DNA of 64,000 nt, taken from the NCBI GenBank assembly GCA_964291395.2, contig OZ219856.1, forward strand, positions 1,536,001-1,600,000. The letters run 5' to 3'. The translations under genes and the position numbers were made by a program. Of the stretch, positions 48,386 to 58,383 are shown in pieces. The notes beneath the pieces are model-generated. The model was not told where the DNA came from and did no database searches. It worked only from the letters and a program-made list of their open reading frames with translations. Source of the DNA: Alphaproteobacteria bacterium. Its GTDB lineage: Bacteria > Pseudomonadota > Alphaproteobacteria > UBA2966. The number at the start of each line of letters is the position of its first letter. Position 1 is the stretch's first letter.

Positions 48386-48632
48386 GCGGACTTGCGCCTG
48401 AGATCGGCGGAAGCCGAATCCGCTCGTTCAGGGCTTCCCTGAATTCCACCACAGGTGTAAGCGTCCGGTCTCGCCGCCCGGCCGGTATCAGACGCGGGAG
48501 CTTCCGTCAGGCGATCGTACGGGCGGCCGTCGTCGATGATCTCGACACATTCTTGATGAGGGGCGGTCCGAAACCGCTCTATCGAGGTTTCGAACGGCGC
48601 CTCGTCGAAAATTCTGCAATGGAGGAACGATC

Positions 48633-49052
48633 ATGAGAAAAGTCGTCAAGGAAGTCCCCGGCTATGAGTTGCATGACGAAGTCAATTCACCGGCGGGCCA
48701 CCACACGAAACAGGGCTGGCGCTCGGATGCGATTCGCAGCGGTCCCTTCATCTTCGTCGCCGCCCTCGGCACCCGTCCCGACACGCATGTCCTCGGTGAA
48801 ACCGTGGAAGAGGAAGTCCGAATCATCTTCGAGCACTTCAAGACGGCGCTTGACGTCCATGGCGCCACCATGGAGGACATCGTCCACTTGACCATGTACT
48901 TCACCCACCGTGAACGTGACTGGCCCATCCTCGAGAAGGTTCGCCGCGAATACTTCCCAAAAGACCCGCCCGTCTCGGTCGGCGTGGGCGTTACCGACCT
49001 GGCCCAAGGCGGGGCGGTCGAGATCGACGCCATGGCAGTCGCCCCCAGCTAG
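48633..49052 (+). CDS. RidA/Rid family protein
   Basis: VRREYF..P.S..VGV..L....VEIDAMA. Confidence 0.85.
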   Translation: MRKVVKEVPGYELHDEVNSPAGHHTKQGWRSDAIRSGPFIFVAALGTRPDTHVLGETVEEEVRIIFEHFKTALDVHGATMEDIVHLTMYFTHRERDWPILEKVRREYFPKDPPVSVGVGVTDLAQGGAVEIDAMAVAPS

Positions 49053-49088
49053 AGTTGCTACCGCCGGGCTGCTCGAAGACGGACGGAG

Positions 49089-49138
49089 ACGGTGTCGTAC
49101 CACGCCGGAGCATTTGCGAAGGCAGGGTACGACACCGT
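49089..49138. repeat. 13-bp perfect inverted repeat between convergent genes
   Basis: ACGGTGTCGTACC-24 nt-GGTACGACACCGT. Confidence 0.7.
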
Positions 49139-49424
49139 TCCAGAGTTGATCTCTCCCCGTGACAGGGCGCGGTTTCCTCTCCGGTGGAAGTGACGGGACG
49201 AAGACGAACTTCTATAAGGACGTGTCCGCTCGGGCGATCACTCGCCAAGTGTGATCGATTGCGGAGACTGTCCTCGATGAACACCACCGCCCGTCTCGCC
49301 TGTCTCTTCCTCGCCCTCGCGCTCGACGCCTGGTAGGGCGGCGCTCAGGGCGGCGGAAAGTCAGCGATGCGGCGGCTGTTCGTGACGCCGGGCGCGAGGA
49401 GCGTTGGGACGACGTCAGGAACGG

Positions 49425-50924
49425 TCAAACGGCGACACGGTCCGCGGTCCACGTGCCGGCGTTCTCCAGAACGAGGTGGGGTTCGTCGTACTGGTCACGA
49501 AGCAGACCCTCATAGAGCCGCCCCTCTGCAGCGCGATCGAGAGGCACCTCCGCCCCGGACAGTCGTGAGAGTGCTTCGTCGAGCGCTGCAACCGTTCCGC
49601 TGCCTTCGTCAAACTGCGCCTTCTTGCGCCAGACGATGTCGGCGGGCAACAGGTCCTCGCACGCCTTGCGCAAGATCCATTTCTCCGTCGTCTCCCGAGT
49701 GTCGTCGCCGGTGATCTTCATCTTCAACGAAGCCGGAATCGACTGAGCAAAATCGATGAGGTCCTCATCGAGGAACGGGGTGCGGGCCTCGAGGCCCTGG
49801 GCCATGGTGATCCGGTCCACCCGTTGCAGGTTGCTGTTGTGCATGGACCCGAGTGAGCGCGTGATTTCGTCGGCCAACGCCCGCGGCGCGCCGGCGTAGC
49901 GATGATGGTAGGCATACCCCGCAAAGAGCTCGTCGGCTCCCTCGCCCGTCAGCACCGCCTTCACGTGCTGACGGGCGAGCGTAGTCGCGAAATGGGTCGG
50001 TAACGCGCTGCGCACGAGATCCACGTCGGCACTCTCGAGGTGATAGATCACGTGGGGAAGCGCGTCCACCAGATCACCGACCGAGTAAACCAGCTCCCGA
50101 TGATCGGACCCGATATGGTCAGCCACGGCGCGAGCGGCGACGAGGTCAGCGCTGCCCGCCACGCCGACAGAGAAGGTCTTGAGCGGCCGGTCGATGGCAT
50201 CCGAGGCCAGGGCCGCGATGAGCGAAGAGTCCAACCCACCGGACAGGAACGCACCGACCTCGACGTCCGCGACCATCCATTTTCGCACGGCCGCTTCGAG
50301 AACCAGGCGCAATTCGTCCCGGATCGATTCGGGATTCTCTCCGGGCAACAGCTCGGCGGCACCCTGAGGCACGCGATGCCAATCTCGGCGACCGTCCAAG
50401 CTGTCGAACATCGTGCCGGGCTCGATAGCCTCGACCGCACGAAACCCCAGACCGTCGAACGCCTTCAACTCCGATGCAAAGGCAAGGCCTTCGCCAAGGC
50501 GCGCCATGAACACTGGTTTGATGCCAAGCGGATCGCGTGCAGCGATGATTCGATCCGGAGTCGCCAGAACAAATGAGAACATGCCATCGAGTCTGGTAAT
50601 CCATCGAACTTCTTTCGAGCGGAAAAGGTGCAGGATGGTCTCGCTGTCGCTCTGGGTTTCGAAGGCGCTCTCGCCCAGAATCGCCCGCAGGTCGGCGTGG
50701 TTGTAGATCTCGCCGTTGGCCACAAGCATGTCTTCGTCGTTGGAGATGGGCTGGGTTCCGTTCTCGGGTCCAATAATCGCGAGACGGCAATGGGCCATCA
50801 CGACGGGCGCATTCAGTGCTCTACTCACGCGCACGTCGTCGGGACCGCGATGGGCGATCCTGTCGATCATCCGATGCGCGAGATTGAGGTTGTCGATCTT
50901 CCAAAGGCAGATATAGCCGCACAT
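49425..50924 (-). CDS. Asparagine synthase-family glutamine amidotransferase
   Basis: MCG, HRGPD, NGEIYN, SGGLDS and GEGADELF motifs. Confidence 0.93.
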   Translation of the reverse strand: MCGYICLWKIDNLNLAHRMIDRIAHRGPDDVRVSRALNAPVVMAHCRLAIIGPENGTQPISNDEDMLVANGEIYNHADLRAILGESAFETQSDSETILHLFRSKEVRWITRLDGMFSFVLATPDRIIAARDPLGIKPVFMARLGEGLAFASELKAFDGLGFRAVEAIEPGTMFDSLDGRRDWHRVPQGAAELLPGENPESIRDELRLVLEAAVRKWMVADVEVGAFLSGGLDSSLIAALASDAIDRPLKTFSVGVAGSADLVAARAVADHIGSDHRELVYSVGDLVDALPHVIYHLESADVDLVRSALPTHFATTLARQHVKAVLTGEGADELFAGYAYHHRYAGAPRALADEITRSLGSMHNSNLQRVDRITMAQGLEARTPFLDEDLIDFAQSIPASLKMKITGDDTRETTEKWILRKACEDLLPADIVWRKKAQFDEGSGTVAALDEALSRLSGAEVPLDRAAEGRLYEGLLRDQYDEPHLVLENAGTWTADRVAV

Positions 50925-50963
50925 ACTTGACTGGTTTGAACCCTTCCGGTCTCTACCCGACGT

Positions 50964-51812
50964 TTACACGATGTCGCTGAGCGGCAGGACGTCGGCTTCG
51001 TCGGCCGGCCGCGCACAGAGCAGCCGCGTTTGAAGATACTCGCGAGACGTCGACGGCGACGGCGCGTGATCGCACATGCCAGAGACGAAATGGAGATGGT
51101 TTTCGCCGTTCGCAACGCGTCTTTGCGGGAACGTCTCGTTGTCCCAGATCTCGACCCGCAGGCCGAAGTCGGAAAATACCCGGAAAAAGGGCTCCAACGG
51201 AGTCCCGACCAGCGGAAACGCGATAATCCACGGCAGAACGGCCGGCCCGACGTTCGCGAGGATGTTTCCCATGGTTCGCGGACCGATATAGCCCATGCCG
51301 CCCGTAATGGTGACCAGGTTCGCTCCCAGCAGGTGGCGGCGCAGTTCCGTGCTTGGCTCACCGTCCTCGAGGTCCTCGGATGCGCCGTAATCCACCAGGC
51401 CGACCGATTCCGCGTACCGAATGGCATGTTCTGCCTTGTCGATCGCGACCACAGGGCCGATGGACCCGTTGTCATGACGACGCGACACGAAGAAGCGCCT
51501 GTCCCAATCCTCGAGAGAAACGCCGGCATGCAACGGCGGGGCACTGTTCGCGTCATAGAGTGTGTAGAGGTCGTCCAGAGTGACGCGGAAGCGCAGCAGG
51601 GCGGCATTGACCCCATACCCTGCACAGAGATCCACCATCTTGATGCGGCGCAAGTTTCGATGGGCCGACAGGAGTTTCGCGCAGCGGTCGAAGATGGGAA
51701 TTGCGTGCCTATGAATGCGATAATCAAGTGAACGCAAGGTCGTGAAGTACGGTCGTGGATCCTGACAATTGTAGATCCGGTCGAAGTTCTCTTTCCCTGA
51801 AACGACGGACAT
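50964..51812 (-). CDS. SAM-dependent methyltransferase-like protein
   Basis: FD.IYN..DPRPYF, DLCAGYGVNA (motif I-like) and FPQRR. Confidence 0.75.
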   Translation of the reverse strand: MSVVSGKENFDRIYNCQDPRPYFTTLRSLDYRIHRHAIPIFDRCAKLLSAHRNLRRIKMVDLCAGYGVNAALLRFRVTLDDLYTLYDANSAPPLHAGVSLEDWDRRFFVSRRHDNGSIGPVVAIDKAEHAIRYAESVGLVDYGASEDLEDGEPSTELRRHLLGANLVTITGGMGYIGPRTMGNILANVGPAVLPWIIAFPLVGTPLEPFFRVFSDFGLRVEIWDNETFPQRRVANGENHLHFVSGMCDHAPSPSTSREYLQTRLLCARPADEADVLPLSDIV

Positions 51813-52062
51813 TCAAACAATTCCTTGGGCGAATGGATGTTTCATGAAGACGACAATCACGAAGGTGCGGCTTCGATGTACCGTGTGATGACGAGTCGCG
51901 GGTGGCTACGCGCCCGCCAGGTAAATGACGATTGCGCGCTTCGGCGGTATATTTTTTGATGGGAATACAGCCTAACCGCATGAGCTGAAAATTTCAACTG
52001 AAACTATTTCAAAGCAAAATATCAGAGGTCAATTCTACCGACGCACGCGAAGAGGTATCCCG

Positions 52063-52623
52063 ATGACCGGTGGTGCACAGGAAGAACGAGAGCACCGCAG
52101 CGACGAGCGCCGCACGGACGCGGTGCTGATTGCATTGCGGAAGATCATCAGGGCGGTCGGCCTCCACTCGCGACAGGTCACGCGAGTGTGCGGTCTGACA
52201 ATCCCGCAGATCGTGGCACTCCGATCAATTCAGGAGTTGGGGGAGGTCACCTCCAGCCGCCTCGCTAACCGCATGAGCGTGAGCCTCAGCACGACAACCA
52301 CGATTCTCGATCGGCTCGAACACCGAGGTCTGGTCGAGCGTTACCGAAGCGCCACAGACCGGCGTGTGGTCCATTCGCGACTGACGCCCGAGGGAAATCT
52401 CGTACTGCAAAAGGCTCCGGCTCTTCTGCACGAGCGGTTCATCGAGTGCTTTTCGTCACTCACCACGGACGACCAGGACCGAATCCTCGAAACTCTGGGC
52501 GAGGTGGCGCGGATGTTGGGCGCCGAGGCGCTCGACGCGTCCACGGTGCTGGATGTCTCGCCAATCATTGCTCCGGGCGAGGACGAACTCTCCTCCGCCG
52601 ACCACTCCCAATCGGCGGTGTAA
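52063..52623 (+). CDS. MarR family regulator (EctR-like)
   Basis: VLIALRKIIRA...GLTIPQ...LDRLE.RGLVER.RS..DRR. Confidence 0.9.
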   Translation: MTGGAQEEREHRSDERRTDAVLIALRKIIRAVGLHSRQVTRVCGLTIPQIVALRSIQELGEVTSSRLANRMSVSLSTTTTILDRLEHRGLVERYRSATDRRVVHSRLTPEGNLVLQKAPALLHERFIECFSSLTTDDQDRILETLGEVARMLGAEALDASTVLDVSPIIAPGEDELSSADHSQSAV

Positions 52624-52763
52624 TCACGTTCAACATCCGGCATCGTCCGAGGAGCAGCCGGACGGCTCAACCACCCCCTTCCGGTCAGACCACGGCTCGC
52701 CATGTCATCAAGCCTCTCCAGCCCATTGAAACGCCAGGCACGGTGCCGGGGGGCGATTGACTT

Positions 52764-54218
52764 TCAGACGATTGCGCCCTGCTCCAGCAGAATCTCGCGA
52801 AGGCGGGCGGTATCCACGTCGCGAGGAGCGATTCCCTGCTTGGCAGCCATCGCGGCGGCAACCCCGGCCGCGTGACCATAGGCTTGGCAAGTGGCACCAA
52901 TCCGTGCCGATCCCGAGGCTTCACGGGTCGCGGCCAGGCAGCGGCCCGCCACCAGAAGTCCGTCGACCCGTTTCGGCACCAGACAGCGGTAGGGAACGTC
53001 GTAGTCGCCACCGTCCTTGACGTAGAGGTGGAGACGGACGTTCGGCTTCTCCGTCGACTGCACGCTCATGGGATAGGCACCGCGCGCGATGCCGTCGGGA
53101 AAACGGCGCCCCTCGGCCACGTCATCCCGCGTCAGTTCGTATTCGCCTTCGATGCGCCGGGAAGCCCGGATGGACACCTTGGGCATGCTGCCGAGAAGAT
53201 AACTGTCGGCGAACCCCGGCAGATAGCGCCGGAAGATATCGAGAATCATGCGGACCTGTTGCTGTCCTTCGAACTCGGCACGGGACCAGGCCGACCCGTC
53301 CGTCGCGTCGAACTTGATCGCCGTGGCGTTGACGTAGAGCACGTCCTTGCGGACGGGTGAGGGTGTCACCTGGACCCGGCTGCCAAGAAAACGAAGCTTG
53401 CCCCAGCCGGCCTTGTCGGTGTCGGTGATCTCCCACTCCGCCCAATCCTTCTCGGGGATGTAGTCCCGAACGATGTTTGCGAGATAGAGGTACGGGGCGT
53501 CGTAGATCGTCTCCACCTGATCGGCCATGATCTTCTCCGGCGTCAGGCCGGGGATCGTCTGAAAATAGGGATCCTCGAGGAGAGTCATCTTGTGGGGTTC
53601 GCGACGGATGTCGGCGATAAAGGCGTCGGTATCGACAGAGGCGATGCGAAACATCAGGGTGGCGTTGAGCGCCGTCTCGGGCGTGTCCTGACGGATCGTG
53701 ACGCCCGCCCGCGCCGCCACGTCGGCATCGCCCGTCGAGTCGATCACGACCTTGGCCGTCAGCCGCTGCATGCCCGACTTGTTGTGGATGACGACCCCCG
53801 TAACGGTTTCATCATCCATGATCGGATCTACAAAGACCGAATGGAGGTACATCTCGACCCCCGCCTCGTCCATCATCTCCAGCAGGACGAGCTTCATGAC
53901 GTCCGACTCCAGGGGCGTGAACGTGCCGCAAATTCCCGAGGGATTGGGCAGATGGCCACCCTGCATCGCGCCGCCCGCCGCGACCATACGGTCGACGATC
54001 TCCTGCGCGATACCGCGAACGATCGGCTCCTTGCGATTGTTGTGAAACGAGATCGAATTACCCAATTCGAACGCCGTGCCACCCGGATGACCGAAGCGTT
54101 CGACGAGGGCCGTGCGAGCGCCCGCGCGCGGCGCGGCGAGCGCCGCGTTCATGCCGGCGCTCCCCCCGCCGACCACAATCACGTCATAAGCTTGATCCGT
54201 CATCCCGCCCCCGGTCAT
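52764..54218 (-). CDS. FAD-dependent oxidoreductase
   Basis: GGGSAG, IDSTGDAD and VPYRCLVP..DGLLVAGRC motifs. Confidence 0.9.
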   Translation of the reverse strand: MTGGGMTDQAYDVIVVGGGSAGMNAALAAPRAGARTALVERFGHPGGTAFELGNSISFHNNRKEPIVRGIAQEIVDRMVAAGGAMQGGHLPNPSGICGTFTPLESDVMKLVLLEMMDEAGVEMYLHSVFVDPIMDDETVTGVVIHNKSGMQRLTAKVVIDSTGDADVAARAGVTIRQDTPETALNATLMFRIASVDTDAFIADIRREPHKMTLLEDPYFQTIPGLTPEKIMADQVETIYDAPYLYLANIVRDYIPEKDWAEWEITDTDKAGWGKLRFLGSRVQVTPSPVRKDVLYVNATAIKFDATDGSAWSRAEFEGQQQVRMILDIFRRYLPGFADSYLLGSMPKVSIRASRRIEGEYELTRDDVAEGRRFPDGIARGAYPMSVQSTEKPNVRLHLYVKDGGDYDVPYRCLVPKRVDGLLVAGRCLAATREASGSARIGATCQAYGHAAGVAAAMAAKQGIAPRDVDTARLREILLEQGAIV

Positions 54219-54605
54219 GTTTGCCCTCTCCACAGCGCGCGTCCGCCAGCCCTGCGCCCAACCCGCGAGTTTAACACGGAATTTTGAAGATCGTTGATTA
54301 TCAATGCGTTACGGGTCAATGATTCCGCGTAGGGTACTACATTCCGCCTTCTTTCGACGCATCCGGGGGACATAGTAGCCGTCAACGGCCGCGGACCGTC
54401 CAACAATCCCGTCCATCAACTTGTATCGGATTGCCCTATGCTCTTCCTCTTTCCGGATAGGCAGCGCCCAATCTCCGCTCCACCACGGCGCATCGGCGGA
54501 ATACACGTGCCCAGAACGCGGCAGATTGCCTACCGGTCGGTATTGGAGCACGATCAACCCTGTCGAAGGAGCTCGAATGGAGAACCCCACCCAAAGGAAA
54601 ATTCC

Positions 54606-55367
54606 ATGCTGACGCCTGAAGAGGTCGCGCAGTACCACGAGACGGGTCAGGTGACACCGGCATTGCGGCTCGACCTCGACGTCATCTCTGCCATCGAGGA
54701 GAAGGTGGAAGCGCTGTTCGCAAAACGGACGGATTTCGCGGAACTCGACCTCGCCGACAGTCTGGTCGAAGTCGACCGAAGCTGGATCGAGTTCGGGAAG
54801 ATTCCAGAGATCCTAGACAGCGTCGAACAGCTGCTCGGCGAAAACCTCATCGTCTGGGCGATGGAGTGTTTCCGCAAGAAAGGCGAGCGCAGCAAGGCCG
54901 TTCCCTGGCATCAGGACGGCTGCTACTGGCCCATCCGGCCGCTCGAGTCATGCACGGTGTGGATCGCCTTAGACCATGTGACACCCGAGAACGGCTGCAT
55001 GCGTATCATTCCCGGATCACACAAGGGCCGGCGGTTGTTGACGCATGGGATCACCGAAGGCGATCACGTCAACCTGAGGCAGACCGTCGCCGCAGACGAG
55101 ATGCCCGATGTCGAGGCGGTCGATATCGTGCTCGAGCCCGGCATGATGTCCTTTCACGACGTCTACACGGTTCATGGTTCCGCGCCGAACAATTCCGGGA
55201 CGCGGCGCGCCGGTCTGTCGGTTCGCTATATGCCGTCGAGCTCATACTACGACCGGCAGCTCGCCCTCGAACTCGGCGGCTCGCCCAAGAATGCAGTCCA
55301 CGAGCTCCATCTGGTTCGCGGCATCGACGAATGCGGCCGGAACGATATCTGGCGGCCAGCCGCCTGA
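54606..55367 (+). CDS. PhyH family Fe(II)/2OG dioxygenase
   Basis: WHQD, ENGCM..IPGSH and HGS.PN motifs. Confidence 0.92.
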   Translation: MLTPEEVAQYHETGQVTPALRLDLDVISAIEEKVEALFAKRTDFAELDLADSLVEVDRSWIEFGKIPEILDSVEQLLGENLIVWAMECFRKKGERSKAVPWHQDGCYWPIRPLESCTVWIALDHVTPENGCMRIIPGSHKGRRLLTHGITEGDHVNLRQTVAADEMPDVEAVDIVLEPGMMSFHDVYTVHGSAPNNSGTRRAGLSVRYMPSSSYYDRQLALELGGSPKNAVHELHLVRGIDECGRNDIWRPAA

Positions 55368-55377
55368 GCGGTGTCGG

Positions 55378-55465
55378 TCAGCAGGCTTCTGAAAAAACCG
55401 CCCCGTGCGGGTGATTTGGCGGTTGAAGCTCTTCATCGACGCCCGGGCCTCGATCAGCGTGCCGC
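55378..55465 (-). mobile_element. Tiny IS5-family remnant
   Basis: GTLIEARASMKSF next to an AGGCTTCTGAAAAA end-like sequence. Confidence 0.5.
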
Positions 55466-55477
55466 CCACCCTGACGG

Positions 55478-56404
55478 TCAGCGTACGCCCATGCGCCGCT
55501 CCTTGGCGCGGACGAGCGCACTCACGACATCGTTATATGGTGTCGCAACCCCCACGGCCCGTCCCTCCCGCGGAATCGCGCCGTTGATGACATCAATCTC
55601 CGAAGCGCGGCCCGCCAAGAGATCGAGGAGCATGGAGGGGGTCGCATTCGGGATTTTCTCGCCAAAGCCGCGGACATAGGCCACCGGATCGTCGATATCG
55701 ACGGCAATGTGCTTGGCCTTGGCGACGTTGAAGGCTTCCGTCGCGCATCCGGAAGCGACGGTCCAAGCGTCCGGGTCTTCCATTACTTCTCCGACGGACC
55801 GCTCGGTAATCGTGCAGGTACCCGAGTAGCAGACGTTGCAGATCAGCTTTTCCCAAACGAGCTGATCGATGTCGTCGAACGTGCGGACGTTGAACCCGGC
55901 ATGCCTCCACACGCCGGCGATCTCTTCGAGGGCCAGCGTCACGGGAGAGCCTCGGTTGCCGAGACGGATCAGCTCCATACCGTTGTGGTGGGCCAGGCCC
56001 GGGCCCCGGATCGAGGCGCCGAACCCCTCCGCCACGCCGATGACGATCGGTGCGGCGCCCAAGGCCTCGGCCGCCTGGTCGGGGCCGCCCAATCCGTTCT
56101 GAATGGAGATCACGTGGGCACCCTCACCAAGGAGCGGCGGCACGCCTTTGGCCGCCGCGGCGACATGCATCGCCTTGGTAGCGAGGATGACCAGATCGCA
56201 AGGACCAACATCCGACGGTGTCGTCGTTGCGTTCAGAGGAATGGTTCGATCCCCGCTGACGCCCTCCAGCCGTAAACCGCACGTCCGAATGGCGTCGATA
56301 TGCTCGACCCACCGGTCAACGGCCCAGACCTCATGTCCCGCTTCCGACAGCAACCCCGCGTAGATACACCCCATGGCGCCGCAGCCGACGACGGCGATTT
56401 TCAT
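55478..56404 (-). CDS. Ketopantoate reductase family protein
   Basis: GCGAMG, IQNG, WEKL..N, SMLLD and EID.ING motifs. Confidence 0.92.
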   Translation of the reverse strand: MKIAVVGCGAMGCIYAGLLSEAGHEVWAVDRWVEHIDAIRTCGLRLEGVSGDRTIPLNATTTPSDVGPCDLVILATKAMHVAAAAKGVPPLLGEGAHVISIQNGLGGPDQAAEALGAAPIVIGVAEGFGASIRGPGLAHHNGMELIRLGNRGSPVTLALEEIAGVWRHAGFNVRTFDDIDQLVWEKLICNVCYSGTCTITERSVGEVMEDPDAWTVASGCATEAFNVAKAKHIAVDIDDPVAYVRGFGEKIPNATPSMLLDLLAGRASEIDVINGAIPREGRAVGVATPYNDVVSALVRAKERRMGVR

Positions 56405-56564
56405 GTCACTATCCTGGTTCCCGTTCCGTTCAACTTGATTTATTCAGTCAACTGAAAAAGGGGAGAGGTAATCCACAGCTCCCCCGCGTCTTCACCATGC
56501 CGGCACTGCCTGAAGTACGCCGCCAATGCCTGGCGCGCCGGAGGTTGTCCACGAGGCCGTTCGC

Positions 56565-57503
56565 TCAGGCCGCGGTCGCCTTGGGCAGGCGCATCCACCC
56601 ATATCCCTCATGACCGAACGAGAAGCATTCCGGATGCAGCATCTCGGCCATCATCTCCAGCGAGTCCTCGAGCCTCGGGCCAGGTCGGTTGAAGTAGGCG
56701 TTCCCGTCGGTGACGTAGGTCCGCCCTTCCCTCACCGCCCGAAGGCTCAGCCAACGGGTGTGCTCGGAGAGCAGGTCCGCCTCCTCGCGCGTGCGGTCGA
56801 GGTCGTAGCCGCAGGGCATCAGGACGATCACGTCGGGATCGGCGTCCATGAGAGATTCCCATTCCAACCACGGCGAATGTTCACCGGCATCCCCGAACAG
56901 GTTCTCGCCGCCCGCCGCACTGACGAATTCCGGAATCCAGTTGCCGGCAGCCATCAAGGGGTCCGTCCACTCGATACAGGCAACGCGCGGGCGGTGGTCG
57001 AGTCCCGCCGCACGCTCGGAGATCTCGGCAAAACGGCCTTGCATCCGGTCGACGACGTCGGCTCCGGCTTCGACGGCGTCGAGCGCCCCGGCGACCCGGC
57101 GGATGTCGTCATAGACGTCTGCCGTGGAGGCCGCGGTGAGCGTGACGATAGAGATGTCGCTGCCGACCCAGTCACGGAGCGCGGCCTGGACATCGGGCAG
57201 CGAAACGGCACACACCTCGCACTGGTCCTGCGTCACGACGATCTCGGGCGACACACGCTTCAGCGTATCGATCAATACTTCATAAACCGATAGAGCTTCC
57301 CTAACTATCTCTTTGACTTTTAGGTCGATTTCAAGGCTGCTTCCATCCAGTTTCACGCGGGGCCGGGTGCAGACCGGAAGCGCTTCGATACCAGATGGAA
57401 AATCACACTCGTGGGAGCGGCCGACCAACGCGTTCCGGTGTCCCAGGGCGGAAACGATCTCCGTGGCGCTGGGGAGCAACGAGACGATCCGAGGTGATGT
57501 CAT
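56565..57503 (-). CDS. BtuF-like helical-backbone binding protein without signal peptide
   Basis: RIVSLLPSATE, SHECDFP, QDQCEVCA and FNRPGPRL motifs. Confidence 0.88.
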   Translation of the reverse strand: MTSPRIVSLLPSATEIVSALGHRNALVGRSHECDFPSGIEALPVCTRPRVKLDGSSLEIDLKVKEIVREALSVYEVLIDTLKRVSPEIVVTQDQCEVCAVSLPDVQAALRDWVGSDISIVTLTAASTADVYDDIRRVAGALDAVEAGADVVDRMQGRFAEISERAAGLDHRPRVACIEWTDPLMAAGNWIPEFVSAAGGENLFGDAGEHSPWLEWESLMDADPDVIVLMPCGYDLDRTREEADLLSEHTRWLSLRAVREGRTYVTDGNAYFNRPGPRLEDSLEMMAEMLHPECFSFGHEGYGWMRLPKATAA

Positions 57504-57645
57504 GAAGGCCCTACGTGCAGTCAAGGCAGGCGACGGGTATCGGCAAAACGTAGACAACGATGGTATTGGTTCCGTGGCCGATTTGCGACATGTTCCGCGA
57601 AGTTAGACGGCGCGCCGTGCGAGTCAATCCGGGTCTGCTCTCATC

Positions 57646-58383
57646 ATGGATCTTAAGCGGGAAGACATCCTCGAGGGGCGCATCGAAGAAGCCGCGATGG
57701 AGGCGGAACGCCTCGGCCTTTTCCGCCGCATGACACCCGACGAGCGCCTGCAGTCGAAGCGCGACATCCTCTCCATCCTTCCCGCGGGCGAGGACGTGTG
57801 GCTGTTCGGATACGGCTCCCTCATGTGGAATCCCATCATCCACTACCTGGAACGCCGACCCGGGCACATCTTCGGCTATCACCGGTCCTATTGCCTGCGT
57901 ACCGCCATGGGACGGGGCACGCCGGAGCGTCCCGGTCTGACGCTCGGCCTGGAACGCGGCGGATCCTGCCGAGGACTCCTGTTCCGAATCGCGGGAGACA
58001 TCGCCGAGAACGAACTCGACTTCGTGTGGAACCGCGAGATGATCAGCCGGGCCTACACGCCTCGACTGGTGACCGCACACGCCGGCGGCGACGCGGTCCG
58101 CGCCATCGCCTTCGTCATCAACACCCGACACGAAGGATACGCCGGCAAACTGACGATGGGGGAAACGGCGGACGCCGTTGCGAAGGCGCACGGCCCCCTG
58201 GGCCGTTGCAGCGAATACCTCGAGAATACCGTCCTGCACCTGGATGAACTCGGGATCGCGGACGGCCCCATGCACAAGCTGTTGGCGTGCGTCCGCGCCC
58301 GGATGGCGGAACTCGGCATCGACATGAAATCCGCACCCACCGAAAACGGCTCTCGATGGCTTCGCGGGACCGGCAGTCGGTAA
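57646..58383 (+). CDS. ChaC-family gamma-glutamylcyclotransferase
   Basis: WLFGYGSLMWNP, RGTPERPG and REM motifs. Confidence 0.92.
   Translation: MDLKREDILEGRIEEAAMEAERLGLFRRMTPDERLQSKRDILSILPAGEDVWLFGYGSLMWNPIIHYLERRPGHIFGYHRSYCLRTAMGRGTPERPGLTLGLERGGSCRGLLFRIAGDIAENELDFVWNREMISRAYTPRLVTAHAGGDAVRAIAFVINTRHEGYAGKLTMGETADAVAKAHGPLGRCSEYLENTVLHLDELGIADGPMHKLLACVRARMAELGIDMKSAPTENGSRWLRGTGSR

Noticed and set aside
54299-54311. IHF consensus TATCAAtgcgTTA between divergent genes
   Set aside because: Isolated match with no att features or identifiable sigma54 promoter; ordinary promoter context
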